Part shown: piece by piece, positions 53,681 to 60,808 of the stretch | Numbering within the stretch: the stretch's first letter is position 1 | How the letters are laid out: each line of letters opens with the position of its first letter | Source: Escherichia phage ECML-183-2 | Sequence record: OL631481.1 | DNA: 64,000 nt | Strand: one strand, 5' to 3' | Program-made: the position numbers and the translations under genes | Notes under the pieces: generated by a model | What the model saw: only the letters and a program-made list of their open reading frames with translations | Database searches by the model: none | Told to the model about the DNA's origin: nothing

Positions 53681-54559
53681 ATGTTTGTAAAATCTTTTAA
53701 ATCCGCTCTGCCTATGGTTGTTGGTGACAATGCTTCTGTAGCATCCCTTAACAGCATTACAGATATTCCTCTGGAATTTGTAACAGCAGAAGGCTCCCAG
53801 TCACACACTATCGGTCTTGTTCGTTTCGAAGATGACTCTAAATTTGTAAAAGAGTTTTCAGATCTTGAACTGCTTAATGTAGGTCAATCTGTGAAGAAGG
53901 TAGATAAAAAGAAAGTTAAACGTATTCTGAATGAACGTCTAGAAGAAATGCGTCAGGACATGGAGAGCGAAGGTAAAGAGTTTTATGTCGATAAAGAAGT
54001 AGTCAAAGCAATGAAAGAAGATATTGAATTTGCACTATTGCCTGAAACAGAACCTGAAGATTTCTTTAACTATGTTGTCTTGGATAAAACTACGAATCTT
54101 CTTTATGTTCTTAATGGAAGTAAAAAGGTTGCAGAAGAGATTACTTCTTTCCTCCGTTCCGTCCTGGGGACTTTCCCTTCGGTAGGTTTTAGTGTGCACG
54201 AAGAAGCTATTGTAAAAGGTTTTGGTGAATTGCTGGAGAATCACGAAGCAGATCGTATTACTCTCGGAAATTATATCAAAATGGAGGATAGCGAGGGCGT
54301 TGTTGTTTGGAGTAAAGAATCTCTATACGAGTCTAAAGCTGTAGAACTAAAAGAAGATGGTAAAGATGTTGTTGCAATCGGTCTTGAATATGACGGTGTT
54401 GTAGATTTTGTAGTGGATAAAGAGTTTAAACTTTCTAAACTACGTTTTCCGAAATATTTTGCAGACGAAGAAGGTAGTATTGAAGCTTCAGTCCTTCTGT
54501 GCTTCAATGAGATTCGAGGTCTGATGGAAGATTTAACCAAAGCAACAATCCTTAAATAA
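53681..54559 (+). CDS. RdgC-like recombination-associated protein
   Basis: 292 aa; central segment VVLDKTTNLLYVLNGSKKVAEEITSFLRSVLGTFP parallels E. coli RdgC from memory. Confidence 0.5.
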   Translation: MFVKSFKSALPMVVGDNASVASLNSITDIPLEFVTAEGSQSHTIGLVRFEDDSKFVKEFSDLELLNVGQSVKKVDKKKVKRILNERLEEMRQDMESEGKEFYVDKEVVKAMKEDIEFALLPETEPEDFFNYVVLDKTTNLLYVLNGSKKVAEEITSFLRSVLGTFPSVGFSVHEEAIVKGFGELLENHEADRITLGNYIKMEDSEGVVVWSKESLYESKAVELKEDGKDVVAIGLEYDGVVDFVVDKEFKLSKLRFPKYFADEEGSIEASVLLCFNEIRGLMEDLTKATILK

Positions 54560-54563
54560 GTTC

Positions 54564-54592
54564 TTGACTTGCGGGATTAGTTATGATATTAT
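54564..54592 (+). promoter_or_regulatory. sigma70-like promoter TTGACT-N17-TATTAT
   Basis: -35 at 54564-54569, -10 at 54587-54592. Confidence 0.45.
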
Positions 54593-54621
54593 GCCTACCT
54601 ACTTAATGAGGTAGGCTTTTT
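54593..54621 (+). terminator. terminator-like hairpin abutting the promoter -10
   Basis: GCCTACC-loop-GGTAGGC followed by T5; predicted start site falls inside the hairpin. Confidence 0.4.
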
Positions 54622-54631
54622 AGGAGGCGTT

Positions 54632-54841
54632 ATGAAAAAGATTCTGACAGTCGTTCTTTTAGCTTTTAGTTTCACAGTAGCAGCAGGTCAAATTACTTTA
54701 ATCTTGTCTGATTCTGAAGTTAATGGCAACACAAAATATTGCTACTATTCTAACGCTAACCAAGATGAAGTTATAGCAATCCCGAAAAGTCGTCAATGTC
54801 CGTATACTAAAACATTCTCAACAGAGGATGACGATGAATAA
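54632..54841 (+). CDS. small secreted hypothetical protein
   Basis: 69 aa; N-terminal signal-peptide-like MKKILTVVLLAFSFTVAAG; AGGAGG RBS. Confidence 0.5.
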   Translation: MKKILTVVLLAFSFTVAAGQITLILSDSEVNGNTKYCYYSNANQDEVIAIPKSRQCPYTKTFSTEDDDE

Positions 54842-54853
54842 TTAGGGGGAAAT

Positions 54854-55972
54854 ATTAGCGGTTATATTTTAATTAAACCTGAAGATCTTCATTTATATGT
54901 CAACGAAGAAACAGTAGCTGCAATTGATTATGATCAGATCGCTTTCCAAGCAGCGTCTGCATTAGAGAAAAGAACAATCATTGCCAAGCACATCCCTTCA
55001 GGTGCTCAAAAGGAATTTAAAAATAAGACAGAGTTTTGGGGTAAAAGTAAGACTAAAATTGGAGGTTGGCTAGGAGATACAAATGCAGAAAGAGCCTCCA
55101 AAAACAAACGTCCCTTCACAAAGGAAGAGTTCGAAATTATTGATAAGCAATACCCGCCAGAAGATATCGGACACACCTTCCAAGCAGCTAAAACAAAAGT
55201 CTTAGGTATTCTAAAACATCTACGTTTAGAAAAATATTGCGGAGTTATTGGCGTAGGAAAAACTTTCAGACACGCCTTCAAAATGCCTGTAGAATATAAG
55301 TCTGAACGATTAGATATCAAACCACTTCAGCTTTCAGAAACCAAAGATTATCTTGTGGAGTTCCACAATGGTGATGTTGTTACTGTAATAGAGGCTGACG
55401 ATGAGTTAGAGAAGTATGGTTTCCAAGGTTATAAAGATTATAAAAGGACGGGTAAATTTTCTTATATTGTAGTGTCTATAGATAAAGATAGTTTACATAC
55501 TCCTAGTATCCTTTTTAATTTCTACAAAGAGGATGGAGTATTTAAAAATCCAGATATAATTCTTATTGACGAGTCTATTGGCGACATATGGATCGTAGAT
55601 AAAGGTAAAAAGAAAGAAGTTAAAGGTTGGGGAAGTTATTGGTTAGCCTATCAGATGCTAATGGGAGATAAAACAGATAGTATCCGACCTTATCAAGATT
55701 TTGATATTAAGTTTGGAGATATTACTTGTTTTAATCTTCTCTCAGCTTGTAAAACTCAAGCAGAGCTTTTCCAAACAGTTAAAGATACTTACTACTCGTG
55801 GTTCCCAGATGGTGTTAATTTTACTTCTTGGGATGGAGAAGAAGTCCATATGACAACAGACGAATGGATAGAAACAATTTTCCAGTTGGTATACATGAAA
55901 CGCTGGGATAATGACGATACAACATTTGAGAGTATGCTTCAGTCATACATCTCACAACAGGAGGCAGAGTGA
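54854..55972 (+). CDS. rnh: 5'-3' exonuclease / RNase H (FEN family, T4 rnh-like); start codon uncertain
   Basis: Motifs AAIDYDQIAF, VIEADDE, LMGDKTDSI; frame open from 54842 with no ATG/GTG/TTG before 55283; candidate AUU at 54854 after AGGGGGA. Confidence 0.5.
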   Translation: MSGYILIKPEDLHLYVNEETVAAIDYDQIAFQAASALEKRTIIAKHIPSGAQKEFKNKTEFWGKSKTKIGGWLGDTNAERASKNKRPFTKEEFEIIDKQYPPEDIGHTFQAAKTKVLGILKHLRLEKYCGVIGVGKTFRHAFKMPVEYKSERLDIKPLQLSETKDYLVEFHNGDVVTVIEADDELEKYGFQGYKDYKRTGKFSYIVVSIDKDSLHTPSILFNFYKEDGVFKNPDIILIDESIGDIWIVDKGKKKEVKGWGSYWLAYQMLMGDKTDSIRPYQDFDIKFGDITCFNLLSACKTQAELFQTVKDTYYSWFPDGVNFTSWDGEEVHMTTDEWIETIFQLVYMKRWDNDDTTFESMLQSYISQQEAE

Positions 55973-56928
55973 GCAGATTAACAGAAGAGCAGAAAGCAGA
56001 TATCCTTAGTATGAGTGCAGAGGGTATGTCTTCTCGCAATATTGCAGCAATTGTTTTAGGTAGTCCAACAAGAAAAAGCACAGTAAATGATTTCCTTGCA
56101 CGTTTCGGTGCAAGTAAACAAGAGCCAGTTAAAAAGAAACAACCAGTTATTAAAATTATTGATGTTGAAACTGCACCAGAGATTGCATATACTTTCCGTC
56201 GATTCAAAGCCTTCATTTCTCCAGACCAGGTAATTCGTAGGGGTTATTTGTTATCTTACTCTTCTGCTGATTTGTATACTGGTGAAGTGGAAGGTAAGAA
56301 CTTGTCTTCTTATCCTCTTTTTGATATTGATCATACAGATGATTGGGAGCTTTGCCAAGATCTTTGGAACCTTCTGAATGAGGCAGATGTAGTTGTGGCA
56401 CACAACGGGTATAAGTTTGACCGTGCATACATTAACCAACGATTTGCATATCACGATATGGCTCCTCCTTCTAATTATGTAGTTGTTGATACATTGAAGG
56501 CAGCTAAGAAACAATTTGCACTTCCTTCCAACTCCCTTAAAGAAATGGGAGCATATTTCGAAACAGAAAGTGAAAAACTGGATAACGAGGGGTTCCCTTT
56601 ATGGAAAGCATGTTGTGAAGGTGATCGTGATGCTTTTGAACGTATGCAGATTTACAATGATGGCGATGTTGTTTCACTCCGTGATTTGTATATGAAAATC
56701 CTTCCGTGGATTCCACAGCATCCTAACTTATCCGCTTATTACCCAGATGAGAAAGTCCGTTGTTCTCGTTGCGGCAGTGATCATGTTCACGTTGTTACTG
56801 GTAAGCAATACCACACTGCGGTAAGTTCTTTCGATATCATTCGTTGTGAATCTTGTGGAGGTTTGTCACGTAGTAGAGCAAACACCAGATCCAAAGATAA
56901 ACGAGCAGCAACTATTATTGGAATCTAA
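55969..56928 (+). CDS. DnaQ-like 3'-5' exonuclease with N-terminal HTH and C-terminal zinc finger
   Basis: Exo motifs IIDVETAP, VVAHNGYKFD, YNDGDVVSLRDLY; HTH-like SSRNIAAIV; CSRCGS...CESCGG. Confidence 0.55.
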   Translation: MSRLTEEQKADILSMSAEGMSSRNIAAIVLGSPTRKSTVNDFLARFGASKQEPVKKKQPVIKIIDVETAPEIAYTFRRFKAFISPDQVIRRGYLLSYSSADLYTGEVEGKNLSSYPLFDIDHTDDWELCQDLWNLLNEADVVVAHNGYKFDRAYINQRFAYHDMAPPSNYVVVDTLKAAKKQFALPSNSLKEMGAYFETESEKLDNEGFPLWKACCEGDRDAFERMQIYNDGDVVSLRDLYMKILPWIPQHPNLSAYYPDEKVRCSRCGSDHVHVVTGKQYHTAVSSFDIIRCESCGGLSRSRANTRSKDKRAATIIGI

Positions 56929-56934
56929 TAATCA

Positions 56935-56958
56935 GGGAGCTTATTGCTCCCTTTTTTA
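56935..56958 (+). terminator. intrinsic terminator
   Basis: GGGAGC-TTATT-GCTCCC hairpin followed by T6. Confidence 0.6.
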
Positions 56959-56987
56959 TTGACAAAAATTTGATATTAGTGTATACT
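56959..56987 (+). promoter_or_regulatory. sigma70-like promoter TTGACA-N17-TATACT
   Basis: Consensus -35 at 56959-56964 and -10 at 56982-56987 directly after terminator. Confidence 0.5.
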
Positions 56988-57014
56988 CTGCTAACCACAA
57001 TAAAAGGAGGAAAT

Positions 57015-57242
57015 ATGAGCATTACATTAACAGGTAACGAAATTTTCGAACTGTTTGAAATGTTAGGTTTGAACTATACCATCGAGAAAGACCCAGATTT
57101 ACTTGACGTTAAAATAACAATTCAAGAAGATACAGCAATCTACAATGATGATGGTGATGTTATCTATCAAGGTAGGGTAGCTTATTATACAGATTACCCA
57201 GAAGAAGGCGCAGTAGGAATTCAGGAGGAAAATTATGTCTAA
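57015..57242 (+). CDS. hypothetical protein (start revised)
   Basis: ATG at 57015 after AAAGGAGGAAAT; ORF-track start at 56970 overlaps the promoter. Confidence 0.5.
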   Translation: MSITLTGNEIFELFEMLGLNYTIEKDPDLLDVKITIQEDTAIYNDDGDVIYQGRVAYYTDYPEEGAVGIQEENYV

Positions 57243-57636
57243 TGCTTTTGATAATCAGGTTGACGGTGATCACTACACAAAAATGGCAATGCAACCTATC
57301 GAACTAACTTATTTGGTTGGTGGCACACCTTGTTTTTGCAAATTGGCAAAATACGCAACACGTATTAAAGGTGAACGTCAGATTAACCTAGATAAAGCTA
57401 TTCATTGTATTGAACTAGAAAGAACCCTTATGCAAAATAACACGTATATGGTTCGTGAAAATTATCCATCTATGACAAATGCAGCTAAACATGATCAAGC
57501 TATGCTTCTTATTGATTTCTTCACAAAAGATCCTTTAATCCGAGTGGCACTGAAACACATGTATAACTCTTCTTATGTAGATGCAGTTGAAGCTATTAAA
57601 CAACTTAAGGAACGTATTAGTGGCGAGCAATACTAA
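57235..57636 (+). CDS. hypothetical protein
   Basis: 133 aa; GGAGGA RBS; 8-nt overlap with upstream gene. Confidence 0.5.
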   Translation: MSNAFDNQVDGDHYTKMAMQPIELTYLVGGTPCFCKLAKYATRIKGERQINLDKAIHCIELERTLMQNNTYMVRENYPSMTNAAKHDQAMLLIDFFTKDPLIRVALKHMYNSSYVDAVEAIKQLKERISGEQY

Positions 57637-57726
57637 ACAATATGGAGCAGGAGAAGTTTATAAAATATTCAACCGAAAAGGTGATAAACTTTTACTAACT
57701 TTGACTATTCCAGAAACAATGTGCAA

Positions 57727-57754
57727 GGCGGGGTTAGACCGCCTTTTGTTTTTT
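57727..57754 (+). terminator. intrinsic terminator
   Basis: GGCGG-loop-CCGCC hairpin followed by TTTTGTTTTTT. Confidence 0.55.
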
Positions 57755-57803
57755 AAACACAATATCCCACCAGGGGAATATACAGCTAAAAAGGTGAGCA
57801 ATA

Positions 57804-58379
57804 TTGGCAGGTGAACCAAAAATAATGTGGGGTGAAGGAACACCCTGGAAAACACAAGCGGAATTTTATACTTATCTTAGGGGATGTTTTAGAAAAGCAT
57901 GGATGAGACACCCTAATAAAATTAAGGTTATCAATGCAAGGCGTTTTAAAGTTGATCGCGTAGATAAAGACGGCAATGTAATGCTAGATAAGAAAACTGG
58001 AAAACCAAAACAAGTTTGGAATTGTGAGTGCGAAATATGTGGACATAGAGGAGGAATGAAAGACTTCCAAGTGGATCATATTCACGCAGCAAAACAACTT
58101 CAATGTTTTGATGATATTCCTCTTTTTGTTTTCCGTTTGATCTATGTGAAAGAAGAAGATTTGCGAATGGTTTGTAAATTGTGCAACTCTATTCTTGCTT
58201 ATGCAGACAAGCAAGGCATATCTTTTGAAGAAGCAAAAGCTGAAAAAGAAGCGATAGCTTTGTGTAGAGCTAAGAAAGATAAAGCATGGCTGAAGAAGCG
58301 TAAAATAGAACCTGAAAGCACAGTAGCAAAACGCCGTAAACAAATAGTCAAAATCCTATTGCAGGAAATTGAAAGTTAG
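57804..58379 (+). CDS. HNH endonuclease (free-standing homing-endonuclease-like)
   Basis: CECEICGH...QVDHIHAAK...CKLCNS His-Me finger pattern; start codon (TTG 57804 or ATG 57825) uncertain. Confidence 0.55.
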   Translation: MAGEPKIMWGEGTPWKTQAEFYTYLRGCFRKAWMRHPNKIKVINARRFKVDRVDKDGNVMLDKKTGKPKQVWNCECEICGHRGGMKDFQVDHIHAAKQLQCFDDIPLFVFRLIYVKEEDLRMVCKLCNSILAYADKQGISFEEAKAEKEAIALCRAKKDKAWLKKRKIEPESTVAKRRKQIVKILLQEIES

Positions 58380-58396
58380 TATAAGATAACTATACT
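58369..58396 (+). promoter_or_regulatory. sigma70-like promoter TTGAAA-N16-TATACT
   Basis: Hexamers overlapping 3' end of HNH gene, upstream of 58416. Confidence 0.35.
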
Positions 58397-58415
58397 AAAA
58401 GAGAGAGGAGGTTTT

Positions 58416-59024
58416 ATGCAGATAGTATGTGATTGGGATTTAGTTGTGGCTCCGTTAGATGTTGCTTGGTTAGAATGGTTGAATAAGATTAGTGGCCTTG
58501 GTGTTAAAATCGACACATTCACAAAAAATGCAGATTATGATCTTACCAACTATTTTCCTGGTTTCAGGGAAGAGTTCAACATAGATCCTTACGGATTTCT
58601 GGATAATCCTCATCTCTACGATACTATGGGTTTTGTTCCAGGTATGCCAGATTTCTTAAAGTATGTTTCAAGGAAAGGTAGCAATCTTTTGATCGCGAGT
58701 GTGACAAAAGGTGGTCACTTAAGTTCTAAACATAAACATGTTTTAAGAACATTAGATACGATTGATTTTAGCAAAGGGTCTGGTAACGGCTTTTTTGCTA
58801 CGAAAGAAAAATACTTATTACCTTGTGATATAGCAATAGATGACAGGGCTGATAACCTATTATATTTTCCAGATGAAGTAGTTAAAATATATTTTAATAC
58901 ACCTTATAAAGATAACCATCTAGAAGAACTAAAGAAAAAACCAAATGTTGTGATCACAGGTTTAGAAGATCAGTGGCTAACATGTTTGGATGTTTTTAAC
59001 ACTTTGAACAATTTTAAAAACTAA
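58416..59024 (+). CDS. HAD-superfamily phosphatase (5'-nucleotidase-like or Pnk-phosphatase-like)
   Basis: N-terminal DxD (VCDWDL) and C-terminal AIDDR motif. Confidence 0.4.
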   Translation: MQIVCDWDLVVAPLDVAWLEWLNKISGLGVKIDTFTKNADYDLTNYFPGFREEFNIDPYGFLDNPHLYDTMGFVPGMPDFLKYVSRKGSNLLIASVTKGGHLSSKHKHVLRTLDTIDFSKGSGNGFFATKEKYLLPCDIAIDDRADNLLYFPDEVVKIYFNTPYKDNHLEELKKKPNVVITGLEDQWLTCLDVFNTLNNFKN

Positions 59025-59033
59025 GGAGAAAAA

Positions 59034-60032
59034 ATGACAAAACAGATTTCGGCTAGTATTATTGCACATTCCATCACTGAAGACGGAAAAGAGATTGTAA
59101 CTTTCGAACTTGAATATCCACGTATTATTCATTCAGAACTGATGACTCACCGCCTGTTCAGTCGTAACGCTGCTTCTAGCCGTGCTATACCTGTTAAAAC
59201 ACTGATCGAAATGGTGCGAAATCAGCCTGCTCGTCCTTATCGTTTTGGGGCTAACCAACCTGGTATGCAGGATAAAGGTGTTGATCATGACGCGCTTATT
59301 GATGCAGGTTATACTGCTCAAGAGTGGTGGGATCTTGCCGCGCTTAGTGCAGCACGTTTCGCAGAAGAATTCTCTTTGGCAGGGTACCACAAACAAGTTG
59401 CAAACCGTCTTCTGGAACCTTTCCAACGAATTAAAACAGTTCTGACAGCAACAGAATATGAAAATTTCTGGTGGCTACGTGATGACAAAGAAGCCGATCC
59501 TACTATCGAAGCTTTGGCTAAAGAGATGCACAGAGAGTATGAAGGATCTACACCAGAAGTGCTGAAACCAGGGCAATGGCACACACCTTATGTAGACCAT
59601 TTCTATGATAATATTGGCACAGAAGGTGACGATCATTTTGTTTTTGGTGGATACTACGTTCAAGATGAATCTGGAGAAGTTGTTGTGCTTACTTTGGAAG
59701 AAGCCAAAGCTATTTCAGCTTCGTGTTGTGCACAGGTTAGCTATCGTCGTTTAAATGCAACTAAAGATAAAGCTTTAGATATCTATGGTCGTTTGCTAAC
59801 TGGGCGCAAGGTTCATGCTTCTCCGTTTGAACATCAAGCCACCCCAATGCAAGAAACATGCGAACAATATGGAGAGAACTGTTTTGAAGATTTGTTTATC
59901 AATGCTCCTTGGGATTTTAACTCTTGGGAACCAGGTATTACCCATGTAGATCGTAATGGTAAGTTTTGGTCTGGCAATTTCAAAGGTTGGATTCAACATC
60001 GTCAACTTTTAACAAATCATACTAAATGGTGA
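59034..60032 (+). CDS. thyX: flavin-dependent thymidylate synthase ThyX
   Basis: ELMTHRLFSRNAASSRAIP fits the ThyX RHR-x7-S-x-R signature (first R replaced by T). Confidence 0.65.
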   Translation: MTKQISASIIAHSITEDGKEIVTFELEYPRIIHSELMTHRLFSRNAASSRAIPVKTLIEMVRNQPARPYRFGANQPGMQDKGVDHDALIDAGYTAQEWWDLAALSAARFAEEFSLAGYHKQVANRLLEPFQRIKTVLTATEYENFWWLRDDKEADPTIEALAKEMHREYEGSTPEVLKPGQWHTPYVDHFYDNIGTEGDDHFVFGGYYVQDESGEVVVLTLEEAKAISASCCAQVSYRRLNATKDKALDIYGRLLTGRKVHASPFEHQATPMQETCEQYGENCFEDLFINAPWDFNSWEPGITHVDRNGKFWSGNFKGWIQHRQLLTNHTKW

Positions 60033-60048
60033 TCTGTTTAAATAGTTA

Positions 60049-60076
60049 TTGACTTTAGTATTAGTTTTAGTATAAT
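60049..60076 (+). promoter_or_regulatory. sigma70-like promoter TTGACT-N16-TATAAT
   Basis: Near-consensus hexamers; upstream context AATAGTTATTGAC resembles the tRNA-cluster promoter motif. Confidence 0.5.
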
Positions 60077-60130
60077 ATAGCACAATACTGGGAGGAGGTG
60101 AGTCCTCCCATTCAAAATGAAGGAGAAAAT

Positions 60131-60541
60131 ATGTCATTAGTAAATACTACAACTTGGGCTACCGTAAGCATGTCTACTGTAATGTCTACCCCTATCTGGA
60201 AACTAGAATCAAATAAACACAATGGTAATATCCCACACGAGAAACAAAATGCTGTTATTAGAGCATCGCTTGTAATGCTGGGTATGGCTGAAGATTCACA
60301 CTATTCTGTTGAGCGTAATGTGAATATCCGAAGCAATAACGATAAGCGAGTAGTGTTTGCAAATACAACGCTTTTCACTTTCCCTGTTTCACCTAATTGT
60401 GGTTTTAAACGAATCTACCAAGAAAATGATATTTTTCATTTTGGTGATGAAGAATTTACAGGTTGGGGTGCGTCACATATTAAGATGGATGATTTCGGTA
60501 ACTCTTATGATCCTGCGAAAGCAGATGATACTAATCAATGA
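60131..60541 (+). CDS. hypothetical protein (start revised)
   Basis: ATG at 60131 after GAAGGAGAAAAT; ORF-track GTG start at 60098 sits directly on an SD-like hairpin. Confidence 0.45.
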   Translation: MSLVNTTTWATVSMSTVMSTPIWKLESNKHNGNIPHEKQNAVIRASLVMLGMAEDSHYSVERNVNIRSNNDKRVVFANTTLFTFPVSPNCGFKRIYQENDIFHFGDEEFTGWGASHIKMDDFGNSYDPAKADDTNQ

Positions 60542-60792
60542 GAGGGACAATGACTGATAATAAATATGAAGGCTGTGAAATCGAAGTCTATTTTGATGAA
60601 ACTGTTGGTTGTAATGTAACTGTAATTCTAGACACTTCAAAACGTTTATCTCCTAAAAGACAAGAAGCAGACCGTCGAGCAAAAGCAAAAGGGTTTGATG
60701 ACATAACTCATTTTGAAGGTTTTCTATATGCTAATGGACTTTTTAATGAAATGAAGTTCGGTTATGATGTAGATGTTTTGAATATGCATTAA
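60538..60792 (+). CDS. hypothetical protein
   Basis: 84 aa; ATGA overlap. Confidence 0.45.
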   Translation: MRGTMTDNKYEGCEIEVYFDETVGCNVTVILDTSKRLSPKRQEADRRAKAKGFDDITHFEGFLYANGLFNEMKFGYDVDVLNMH

Positions 60793-60808
60793 TAATAGGG
60801 AGGAGAAG

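Noticed and set aside
57581-57814. 77-aa plus-strand ORF between two genes
   Set aside because: Contains an intrinsic terminator (57727-57754) in its middle and overlaps the upstream gene; a GTG-started product cannot be fully excluded
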